Below, piece after piece: positions 1 through 8,221 of a DNA stretch of 43,537 nucleotides. The stretch spans positions 1 through 43,537 of IMG/VR virus record IMGVR_UViG_3300017757_000027; one strand, given 5' to 3'. Origin of the DNA: a virus (Duplodnaviria > Caudoviricetes). Position 1 is the first letter of the stretch, and each line of letters begins with the position of its first letter. A program made the translations under genes and the position numbers. The notes under the pieces were generated by a model. That model was not told the origin of the DNA. It searched no databases and saw nothing but the letters and a program-made list of their open reading frames with translations.

Positions 1-2214
1 GAAGTTTTCATCAGGGTCAAGTATGGCAGCGCCCGCACGTTTGAGTTCTACTAAACCACCAGTAGCAAACTTCTGTATAAGCCCACCGAAGAAATTATTT
101 TTCCTTTTCTTGCCCTTCTGAGCGTTGATACTTTTATCAAAAAATCCTTCATTAAAAGCTTTTTTGAACAATGTCTTTCTAGCAGCAGACCCATCATTTA
201 ATTTGATGTCAGCAATGTCTGCACCAATTCTTCCAGATGTTAGTTTACGCTGATTAAGAGCAGCAATTTCAGATTGTTGATCTAAGTCAAAGTTTCTATT
301 ACCGGGAGTTCCTATGCCTAATATATTACCAACATAATCTTCAAATAATCTACCTAAAGAAAGATCTAAAGTTTTAGTTATAGACTCACTACTGATAGGT
401 GCGGGTGAGCCAGCCCCAGTTCTTAATTGACCAGCACTTCTATTTAAAGTAGCTACTTTATCTGTTATGCTAGATTTTATATCATCAAAAGCTTTTCTGG
501 CAGTCTCATTTGTTTTGAATTGAGAAGACTCTACATTATTTAATTGTAAAGTAGAAATACCAGCTTCTACTAATTTGCCTCGTTTTGATTTAGGTATTAC
601 ACTGATACCTGCTTGAATTCCATTTAAATCTGCTGGGTCAGAATCACTTCCAGTATTCTTGTAAACAATTCCTATTTTTTTATTTGTTTTGGCGATACCC
701 CCAGAGGCATATTTATTCATCCCCGCAAGTCTATCAGCACCAAGCTTTTGAACGCTGCTTTTGCGGATAACAAACTCGCCCGGAGTGAGCATGGCGGGTA
801 CAGTGTCTCGGTTTCCTGTTCCCGGAACGTAACCCCCACTATTAAAAGCGTGAATCATGCCTCCAGCTTGTTTACGTCTAGCTCCTAATCCAGAGCCAAT
901 ACCGGCAGCAAACCCGCCTATACTTTTGGTTAGCTTAACTGCTGCAAAAGCGCCAATCAAAGGCAGGACTGGCTTCAGAGCATCAGCCACTTTAATAAAA
1001 GCGCTGGCTAAACTCAAGGCAGTTTTTGTCATTGCTTGGAACGTGCCAGTCTCTGTGACTCCACGAATAAGAGCTAAAAATTCTTCTCTTGTTTTAGCAA
1101 TCTGACGAGCTAGAGATTGTTGTGCTGTTTCAGCATCTTTATCTAAAGAAGCGCCGCCCGCAACAGCGGCTTGTCTGGCTTTCTCGGCAGTCTCAAACTG
1201 CTGCAAAAGAGGAATGACTTTACCAATCTGACGAAAACCACCAAGCTCTTCAGCTATCTGAACAAACCTAAGATCACCTTGGGGAAGATCTCCAAAAGCT
1301 TTATTTAACGCCTGAATAGCTTTAAACGGCCCGATAAACTTACCATTAATATCAGTAAGTTGAACACCTAACTCACTCAAGTATTGAATGGTTTTAGGTC
1401 TTTGGATACGTGTAAGAATAGTACGCAAGCCAGTAGCAATGGATTCAGCGCTCTCACGAGTCGTAGCACGAATAGATGTAAACAACCCTAAGAATTCATT
1501 AAGATCACCACCAGCAGCTTTAAAGACACCACCAGTACGACGAATAGCACCAATAAGGTCTCCAGACTCAACCGCAAACTGACCAGCAACAGCATTAATA
1601 GCACCAAGCTGTCGCTCTAAAGCTCCAACTCCTTGACCAAACTGGGCAAGAATAGCAACTGCACCCTCTGCGGTTTTCTCTATGTCATCAAAGGTGGCAG
1701 CTAAACTACTTTTTGCCAAGGCTTCTAAAGCCACCTTTGTCTGATTAGCAGTTAGTCCAGCCTGAGATAAAATTCTAGTAACGCCAATAAGTTCTTTAGA
1801 AGAAGCTCCTAAACTTACAGACAATCTGTCAATCTCTTTACTAAGACTTCCCAACTCACGAACGGATTTTCCAGTCACCTGACTGATTTTTACCATTTCG
1901 TTTTGGAAATCTATGGCTTCATCAACCGCATTGGCTAACGTATTACTAAATAAGCTAACCGCCCTACTTGCAACCGTAAATGCGGCAAATCGCTTTAGTG
2001 CGACACCAAAGCTTTTACCCATCACGTTAGCAGCGCTAGACGCTTTTTGAGTAGCGGCGGTAACTTTTTTGATTTGCTTCTCAGCCTGCACAGAGCCTTT
2101 AACAGTCACGGGTACAGAAAGACCCTTCAGTTCTCCCCTCATCTGGTTGAGAACCTGTCGTGTGTTAGTTGGCGCTTGCAGTCTAAGCTGTGCAGTCAGT
2201 ACAAATTTAGACAT
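1..2214 (-). CDS. Tail tape measure protein (runs off the left edge; absent from the ORF track)
   Basis: ATG at 2214 (MSKFVLTAQLRLQAP...). The segments I translated are open in this frame down to position 1. Ala/Leu/Lys-rich TP901-like core, plus GGYVPGTGNRDTVPAMLTPGEFVIRK and repeated K(F/Y)A(T/S)GG motifs typical of tape measure proteins. Lies after tail tube and chaperone-like genes. Confidence 0.92.
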   Translation of the reverse strand, partial: MSKFVLTAQLRLQAPTNTRQVLNQMRGELKGLSVPVTVKGSVQAEKQIKKVTAATQKASSAANVMGKSFGVALKRFAAFTVASRAVSLFSNTLANAVDEAIDFQNEMVKISQVTGKSVRELGSLSKEIDRLSVSLGASSKELIGVTRILSQAGLTANQTKVALEALAKSSLAATFDDIEKTAEGAVAILAQFGQGVGALERQLGAINAVAGQFAVESGDLIGAIRRTGGVFKAAGGDLNEFLGLFTSIRATTRESAESIATGLRTILTRIQRPKTIQYLSELGVQLTDINGKFIGPFKAIQALNKAFGDLPQGDLRFVQIAEELGGFRQIGKVIPLLQQFETAEKARQAAVAGGASLDKDAETAQQSLARQIAKTREEFLALIRGVTETGTFQAMTKTALSLASAFIKVADALKPVLPLIGAFAAVKLTKSIGGFAAGIGSGLGARRKQAGGMIHAFNSGGYVPGTGNRDTVPAMLTPGEFVIRKSSVQKLGADRLAGMNKYASGGIAKTNKKIGIVYKNTGSDSDPADLNGIQAGISVIPKSKRGKLVEAGISTLQLNNVESSQFKTNETARKAFDDIKSSITDKVATLNRSAGQLRTGAGSPAPISSESITKTLDLSLGRLFEDYVGNILGIGTPGNRNFDLDQQSEIAALNQRKLTSGRIGADIADIKLNDGSAARKTLFKKAFNEGFFDKSINAQKGKKRKNNFFGGLIQKFATGGLVELKRAGAAILDPDENF

Positions 2215-2246
2215 ATTATCTCTCTAGACGTTGACTACACTATCCA

Positions 2247-3110
2247 TTAGCTTTCCGTTTGGGCTGTTTCTTTAGGTTCCGGCTTCTTCTTGGTTGTTTT
2301 TTTTCTAGTAACCTTCTTTTTTGCTGGCTCTAGATCGTTTTCATAGTCAACCATTACATAGGTTCCATCGTCGTCAAGTGGAAGTCCATCCACATCAACT
2401 CTTTTTCCATCTTCATTAATATAATGACCTTGATCATTAATGATCTGACCATCAGTACTAACATTCTCCCCATCATTATTTACTAAAGCTAATTTATCAT
2501 CAACTAAATTAAATGCTTTGAGCCATTTATTCTCTGGTAAGGTTGACTCAAATGATGAATCAAGATTATACAAAACATCGCCCAACATTGACGCTGCTGC
2601 ATAAGCAATAGCATCAGAGCTTTTAGTATTATAATCTTCTAGATTATTATACACTCTTTTGCCACTATCTTTGTAAAAAGTGCATTCAGCTACGAAGTAG
2701 TCAAATCTAGCATTATCCGCCAAAGCTTCCGCAGTATTCTCCTCTAAAGAGATTCTTTCAGAAATCAAGTTTCTAAGATCCATTCTTAATTGTCGCATTT
2801 GTAATGCTATATCTCTACCCTCAGAAACTTTTGGCTTTTTGCCATCTTCACCTCTGAATAACTGCCTTTCTAGAACAGCCATTTTTTGATTAATATCATC
2901 TTCTTCTTCGCTTTGTTTTTTACTCCAAATACCACGTTTCTCCATTACCTTTGATAGCTCTTTTTTAGTTAGAATGTCGTTTTGAATACAATCATTCCAA
3001 ACCTTAGCCCTTCTCATGTCGGCAGAAGATATGATCTTGTTTGCTGGTTTTTTGACAAAAATAGTTATTTTTTCGCCATTCTCTAGTGTTACTTCTTGTT
3101 CTTTTTCCAT
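2247..3110 (-). CDS. Putative tail assembly chaperone-like protein (287 aa)
   Basis: Position between tail tube and tape measure. Charged, helical-looking sequence; C-terminal (N/D)xxG repeats and Lys-rich tail; paralogous to 3485..4525. Confidence 0.55.
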   Translation of the reverse strand: MEKEQEVTLENGEKITIFVKKPANKIISSADMRRAKVWNDCIQNDILTKKELSKVMEKRGIWSKKQSEEEDDINQKMAVLERQLFRGEDGKKPKVSEGRDIALQMRQLRMDLRNLISERISLEENTAEALADNARFDYFVAECTFYKDSGKRVYNNLEDYNTKSSDAIAYAAASMLGDVLYNLDSSFESTLPENKWLKAFNLVDDKLALVNNDGENVSTDGQIINDQGHYINEDGKRVDVDGLPLDDDGTYVMVDYENDLEPAKKKVTRKKTTKKKPEPKETAQTES

Positions 3111-3125
3111 CTTGTTTCTCCTAAA

Positions 3126-3482
3126 TTAATCTTGGGGTTTTACGGGCATTTCCACAGAATATCTTAACCATTTAATATCGTACTGATTGAGTTCAGCATC
3201 AACATTTCTAGCTTGAGTATTGCCCTTATCTAATATCTCAGATCTGACTTTTTGAAAAGTGTCAAACATTAACTTTTGCTCTGGCGTTAATTCAACTCCA
3301 TCCGCACTTGTCCACAAAAAACAAAAATGCTCCTCAATAGAGCTTAAAGCCCCTATCATAGTTGTCTCAACTTTTTTCTTTAAAATCTTAGACAATCTAT
3401 CCTTTGAGTCAGATTTGTATTTATCGTTTCTAGCACTTTTGTACTCTTTCTGCTGTCTAATTAACTTATCAAAATTTTCCAT
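3126..3482 (-). CDS. Hypothetical protein in the tail assembly cluster (118 aa)
   Basis: ORF with AGGAG SD, packed tightly between the two chaperone-like genes. Confidence 0.75.
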   Translation of the reverse strand: MENFDKLIRQQKEYKSARNDKYKSDSKDRLSKILKKKVETTMIGALSSIEEHFCFLWTSADGVELTPEQKLMFDTFQKVRSEILDKGNTQARNVDAELNQYDIKWLRYSVEMPVKPQD

Positions 3483-3484
3483 CT

Positions 3485-4525
3485 TTATCTCCTAAATTTA
3501 GACTTGTATTGTTCGTTTGATTGTTGTTGGAGTTCAAGTCTTCTGTCTCTAAAATCTAAATCAACAGCATCGCCTTTTTTCTTCAGTATGGCTTCTCTTT
3601 CTTTCTTTACCATTGTGGCCTGATAGGAGTTTGCAGCTTCAATTTTATCAGCATCCTCCTTGGTTTGGGCAAACACGAATATTTCTTGTGAGTTAGATAT
3701 TTTATCATTGTTAATAGCGCTGTCTACTTCACTTGATGCTCTGTCTGTTTCTTGTTTTTCTCTCTGCACTATAAACCATCCATCCAATAAATCATCATCG
3801 TTTATCACCTCTTCTCCGGGACATTCCATAGACTCTTGCACATTATCATACATCCTAGACCACACTAATAAATTTCTTTGGTCTATATTTAGCTCTCTAC
3901 CATTTTTGTCAAATAAACTTGTATGGGTGTCATCTTTAGTAACCCAAAAAGAACGCCAAGGCTCTGATCTAGCTATTTCTCTGATCTCAGGTTCTTTTAA
4001 AATGGTAGAACCTACTGACATCCACAAGGAAGTTTCGTCTATACTCTTAAAGTCATAAGGCTCATTGCCAACAAAAGCGCATCTTTGCATCTGTTCTGAT
4101 GCTTTTCTGCTAAAAGCAAAGCCTTCGCAGGTGTTCTCGTAATTACTATCTTTTTTTAACGTGAGTTTTTGTAAAACCTTTTCCGCTGCTCTTAGATATC
4201 TTCTTCCGCCCTCTCTAGTTTTTGACTGAAACCTAGCATTAAACATCCCTTTTTTTAAGTTTTCAATGTCTTTCTTAGTTTTCTTTATCTGTTCATTCTC
4301 TTCTTCTGACCAAAGGTCTTTAGATATCATCCATTCAAGCATCTGCTCTTCTGTCATCAACCCCTGTTCTAAAGCCTGAACGTAACCATTTCTAAAAGCT
4401 TCATTTATATAATAATTATCTAACGTGGTAGGTGGCATAACTTTTAATGTAATGCCCTGTGTTTCAAATATGTATATCCCAGTTCTTATCCTAGATACAA
4501 AATACTCCCGCTCATGCAACTTCAT
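3485..4525 (-). CDS. Putative tail assembly chaperone-like protein, long form (346 aa)
   Basis: First long ORF downstream of the tail tube. N-terminal ~160 aa aligns by eye with the 287-aa protein (LWSEEE/IWSKKQ, ENTCEGFA/ENTAEALA, CAF/CTF). Confidence 0.55.
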   Translation of the reverse strand: MKLHEREYFVSRIRTGIYIFETQGITLKVMPPTTLDNYYINEAFRNGYVQALEQGLMTEEQMLEWMISKDLWSEEENEQIKKTKKDIENLKKGMFNARFQSKTREGGRRYLRAAEKVLQKLTLKKDSNYENTCEGFAFSRKASEQMQRCAFVGNEPYDFKSIDETSLWMSVGSTILKEPEIREIARSEPWRSFWVTKDDTHTSLFDKNGRELNIDQRNLLVWSRMYDNVQESMECPGEEVINDDDLLDGWFIVQREKQETDRASSEVDSAINNDKISNSQEIFVFAQTKEDADKIEAANSYQATMVKKEREAILKKKGDAVDLDFRDRRLELQQQSNEQYKSKFRR

Positions 4526-4554
4526 AAAGAAACCTCATGACGGGAGTTTTGTAT
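4495..4554 (-). promoter_or_regulatory. Long imperfect hairpin covering the SD and start codon of the 346-aa gene
   Basis: Minus strand ATACAAAA-CTCCCG-TCATG ... CATGA-G-CGGGAG-TA-TTTTGTAT gives 19 Watson-Crick pairs, enclosing the GAGG and the ATG at 4525. Confidence 0.7.
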
Positions 4555-4559
4555 TTCAT
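4512..4559 (-). CDS. Putative 15-aa leader peptide MKYKTPVMRFLYEVA
   Basis: AAGGAAGGA SD-like tract precedes the ATG at 4559. The ORF runs through the hairpin and overlaps the downstream start in another frame. Confidence 0.45.
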   Translation of the reverse strand: MKYKTPVMRFLYEVA

Positions 4560-4576
4560 AAATATTTCCTTCCTTT

Positions 4577-4619
4577 ATTACTGCCCACTCGCCCCTATTT
4601 GGCTATCGCAGGCAGTAAT
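4577..4619 (-). other. Intergenic stem-loop after the tail tube gene (no U-tract)
   Basis: Perfect 9-bp inverted repeat ATTACTGCC/GGCAGTAAT, with further internal pairing (GCC/GGC). Confidence 0.6.
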
Positions 4620-4648
4620 TAAATCCACCAGTAAATAAAGCTTACCGA

Positions 4649-5857
4649 TTATGACGCTGCGGTGCTTCCATAAAGCGCTCCGGTTGGGAAAGTTCCAGTA
4701 AAGGTCATATCCGAACCGGTTAAGTCTTTAAGTACTTCAAAGCCAACGTACCCATTTTGACTAAGATTTTGAACATCAAGCTCGTTAAAGTTAGTATAAC
4801 TGTAGGTACAGGTTGCGTTTCCTCCACCAGCGTCACCACCACCATAACTCACACTTGACAATCTGTTCTTACGACCAAGGTCAAATGCATAACCCGCTCT
4901 GGTGCAGATGAAGATATCTTCTTCCTCAGTGTTGTTACCAGAAGCGTCAGTTGCGGCAAGTCGCTCATCACCAAACTCAAATGCGTTCACAAAGTCACCA
5001 GAAGTGGTAACAGCTTCAATCTCACAACTAACCTCAATTGGGAAAGCGGCAGGACGAGCGTAAGGTGTCTTTCTGCCCAACTCTAGAATGTCTTCACGAG
5101 AGAAGTCAGTACTACAGGAGAAGCTTTGAAGGTGAACATTGTTAATACCATTCGCTGCGTCAAAGGCGTTAGAGTAACCACCATCAAGAGTAACACCTTT
5201 GATACTATTTGGTAGAATGCATCCAGACATAAGAACATCTTCACGCTGCTGAATACCACCGCTCATCAAAACAGCTACCCCGTCTGGAGTGTTTTTAGCG
5301 GCTGGCGAGTCAGTACCGTCAAAGTTATTAACAGCGGCAGCAGTAATTTTTTGACCGCCGGTCAACCATTGCTTATTGTTACCAACCAAGGTAACAGATT
5401 CTGTCATGCTTCCATCAGTTGGGATAGTATACGAAACAGAGCTAATATACATACCAGAGCAGTAAACTTCAGCTTCAGCATTAGCGTCACCAGCAGAAAC
5501 ATTGTTTTTGTTGTCTGGAAAGATACCAAGTCTAACATCAGATCTAGACTTAGAACGACCCACAAGACCAGAGCCTCCGGGACTTCCATCAAGACCATCA
5601 ACACTAGCCATATGATAAATCAGCGGATATCCATCCAACACTTTCTCTAGTGTCATTTCTACATCTGGCGTACCCTCAATATTCTCATAAATCTCAATCT
5701 GACCCAACTCAAAGGCTTGCTCTAGATTGAAGTTTGTGGTCATACCCACGCTTTGTAGACCATGTATCATTTGACCCGTAGTCACCACAGCGTCAGCGCC
5801 GTGAGCTTGGATGCCAACAGATTGACATGCGTAAAATATTCTATCGTTACTTGACAT
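4649..5857 (-). CDS. Major tail tube protein (tandem duplicated domain, 402 aa)
   Basis: Synteny (after neck/terminator, before chaperones and tape measure), own promoter-like motif and SD. The motifs LQS...(F/L)ELG and SSVSY each occur twice. Confidence 0.75.
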   Translation of the reverse strand: MSSNDRIFYACQSVGIQAHGADAVVTTGQMIHGLQSVGMTTNFNLEQAFELGQIEIYENIEGTPDVEMTLEKVLDGYPLIYHMASVDGLDGSPGGSGLVGRSKSRSDVRLGIFPDNKNNVSAGDANAEAEVYCSGMYISSVSYTIPTDGSMTESVTLVGNNKQWLTGGQKITAAAVNNFDGTDSPAAKNTPDGVAVLMSGGIQQREDVLMSGCILPNSIKGVTLDGGYSNAFDAANGINNVHLQSFSCSTDFSREDILELGRKTPYARPAAFPIEVSCEIEAVTTSGDFVNAFEFGDERLAATDASGNNTEEEDIFICTRAGYAFDLGRKNRLSSVSYGGGDAGGGNATCTYSYTNFNELDVQNLSQNGYVGFEVLKDLTGSDMTFTGTFPTGALYGSTAAS

Positions 5858-5898
5858 TTTGATTCTCTCCTTGTCTGGAAAAAGATTTTTCTATTAAT

Positions 5899-5908
5899 TT
5901 ATACACAA
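5899..5908 (-). promoter_or_regulatory. Putative late promoter motif TTGTGTATAA
   Basis: Recurrent intergenic motif upstream of the tail tube gene. Confidence 0.65.
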
Positions 5909-5913
5909 AAAGT

Positions 5914-6894
5914 TTAAATATTTGATTTTATCACGTCCGTAGTTATCCTAACCACACCCCCAAAAACGTTAGAGTCTATCATATCCATTTGTTGAACAGA
6001 GGCTTTTGTGAGCCTTAGTCTTCCACCATAATACTGGTCAACTAAATCTGGATATCTCAACGCACTGGGAACTGGCGTTCCATTGTAATCCAAGGGAAAT
6101 GCTGAATCTGCATTCATCGCATTACTATCAAATAAAGCTATAGTTTTATCATTTTGTAACGAAACTATATCTAATAGTTTATTTCTTTCCATTTCGTCTT
6201 CTGCGATGCAGTGAAAGATGACATCAGTATAAACATACTGCCCTCCTCCAAGCTGATAACCCTTAAAAGTCCTCATAGGGACAATCTCTATGGCTATTAG
6301 CGGTAGCTGCACCCTTGCTTCCGGCGGTAAATTCCACGGACCCTTATCAACATTTAAAAATTCTGCCGTTGGCTGCAAAGCTTTGGTCTGTATTTGTTTT
6401 ATCCAAGGCATATTGTTTGCATATACTACATTTATATACTTATAGCTATACTCTGCTTGAACTTTTGATCCTGTGGGAATTGCGCTATCAAATACTACTC
6501 TACCGTTAAAGTAGTCAACATAATGTGCAAAATCACCAGTAGTGTCTGAAGGGTAATATGTATCGTCTACATAAACACCTGAGATTCCGGGCTTTTCATT
6601 GTTAGCTCCCAATAGCGGGGCTATCATGTTAACGCCGGATACTCCACTCTGCCACACCCAATTCTGTCTAAAACCTTCCCATACCTGTCCAGCAGTATAG
6701 TTATCGTTTGATGATAACCTTAATCTGCTATAATCTTGCGAGTCAGGAGACTGCTCCCCTAATGTATTGTTAAAATAATTACCCTTACCAAGTAAGGACC
6801 AATCAAAATATTCTACCAAATTATCTTGAATGTCGTTACTTAGTGTAGATTGATGTACTGAGGTAAACCCCTTTAGCGGTGATGTATTTGACAT
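5914..6894 (-). CDS. Putative tail terminator/completion protein (326 aa)
   Basis: Directly upstream of the tail tube; LPLIAIE...GYQLGGG...DVIFHCIAE pattern; assigned mainly by synteny. Confidence 0.5.
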   Translation of the reverse strand: MSNTSPLKGFTSVHQSTLSNDIQDNLVEYFDWSLLGKGNYFNNTLGEQSPDSQDYSRLRLSSNDNYTAGQVWEGFRQNWVWQSGVSGVNMIAPLLGANNEKPGISGVYVDDTYYPSDTTGDFAHYVDYFNGRVVFDSAIPTGSKVQAEYSYKYINVVYANNMPWIKQIQTKALQPTAEFLNVDKGPWNLPPEARVQLPLIAIEIVPMRTFKGYQLGGGQYVYTDVIFHCIAEDEMERNKLLDIVSLQNDKTIALFDSNAMNADSAFPLDYNGTPVPSALRYPDLVDQYYGGRLRLTKASVQQMDMIDSNVFGGVVRITTDVIKSNI

Positions 6895-6898
6895 GTAT

Positions 6899-7534
6899 CT
6901 ATTTCAATATTGAGGATAATATTTTTGATATTTGTGCGTTTTTATTAGCAAATGCTCTAGTGATAAAATTATTATCTGTTGTTCCTGAGTACTGTGGAGG
7001 AACTCTAAATGTACCCCCAACCTTCATGACTCCCCCGCCAGACCTACCGTCACCCGTTGGGTCGTAGAAAAAGCCAGCGATTATAACAGCGTCTCCTTTT
7101 GTTAAAAGCCAATCTAGCCAATGTAGATCAGTTCCAACCTCAGTCACCTGATGCCCTTGTGGTAAACTCAAAATATTAGAAAAGTCTGTTTTTTGGAAAC
7201 TTATCTCTAGACTACCAGATAGGTCTTTTGAAGATATTTTAGTGAATTTAATATCTACAGAGTTAGCTACTGAGTTTATTATAGAGGATACAGCAGAAGC
7301 TCCAGCGCCGGGAGATAGACCAAACAATGAATTAAGAGATCTTATATCCCCTGTACTAAGTAGGCTTTGAACTTCTGGTGATCCAAGTAACCAGCCTTCT
7401 ATCGCTCTTTTTAAGGGAGCAGTTATTTTGTTTTTATTTTTAGCTAATGATTTATTTAAATTTGAAGCTATCTCTTTGAGTATTTGCTGCTCAATAAAGT
7501 CATTACTTTTTAGTAGGTCAACAGTTATAGTCAA
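6899..7534 (-). CDS. Putative neck/tail completion protein
   Basis: Synteny; C-terminal GTTDNNFITRAF motif. Start more likely the TTG at 7534 (overlaps previous stop, GGGAG SD) than 7549. Confidence 0.5.
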   Translation of the reverse strand: MTITVDLLKSNDFIEQQILKEIASNLNKSLAKNKNKITAPLKRAIEGWLLGSPEVQSLLSTGDIRSLNSLFGLSPGAGASAVSSIINSVANSVDIKFTKISSKDLSGSLEISFQKTDFSNILSLPQGHQVTEVGTDLHWLDWLLTKGDAVIIAGFFYDPTGDGRSGGGVMKVGGTFRVPPQYSGTTDNNFITRAFANKNAQISKILSSILK

Positions 7535-8016
7535 TTTGATCTCTCCCAAAAACAGCCAAAGTACCTGTTCTGCTTTAACCCCATAGGAAACGCTTCTCCA
7601 AGTTTTTTAAATCTCATTTCTTGAAGATCTTTTATATCCTTGTGAGCAATAAGCTCTTTAGCTCTGTTAATCTTGGGTAGGTCAGTAGCGTAAAAGATAG
7701 TTTGAATAGAGCCGTCTGGAATAACCATATCGCCAGAACCAATTTTGACCCAGCTTTTACTATCCCAGTACACTTTAATTTTTATATCTTCTAGCTTTTC
7801 AACTTCCCTGATGACTTTATTTTGCCTTTTGTAATTATCTTTCCTTCTTCTGTGAGCGTTCACAGAATTGTTAGTTGGAATATTGTCAAAAGTATTAGAT
7901 ATTTCTTCAACTTTTTCAATGTATACTAATTGACATGTAACTCCAAATATGTTAAATGTGGAGTCAACAACGTCATAATACTTTGTGAATACGCTATCAG
8001 GAATGTCAATAGGCAT
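7531..8016 (-). CDS. Putative head closure (stopper) protein (161 aa)
   Basis: Size, beta-rich pattern and position in the neck module. Confidence 0.5.
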   Translation of the reverse strand: MPIDIPDSVFTKYYDVVDSTFNIFGVTCQLVYIEKVEEISNTFDNIPTNNSVNAHRRRKDNYKRQNKVIREVEKLEDIKIKVYWDSKSWVKIGSGDMVIPDGSIQTIFYATDLPKINRAKELIAHKDIKDLQEMRFKKLGEAFPMGLKQNRYFGCFWERSN

Positions 8017-8207
8017 TAGGAGGCTCCACCACCATAATGCTCATCAAATCTTTCATTTAATCTAGCGAAGTGAGTACCGGAAGGAACAAACTGGTTCACT
8101 TCTGGATCTCTCCTGCTAGCTTCACCGGTCTCCTGAACGAACGACAATATAGCGCCGTTTTTTATATCAGCAGAAGACTTTGCTTTTCTTACTATTTCAT
8201 CAGGCAT
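8016..8207 (-). CDS. Hypothetical protein (63 aa)
   Basis: GGAG SD; TAATG overlap with the next gene. Confidence 0.7.
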   Translation of the reverse strand: MPDEIVRKAKSSADIKNGAILSFVQETGEASRRDPEVNQFVPSGTHFARLNERFDEHYGGGAS

Positions 8208-8221
8208 CTCTTATACTCCGA

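Noticed and set aside
857-2250. Three short plus-strand ORFs
   Set aside because: Antisense to the tape measure gene, which explains the region.
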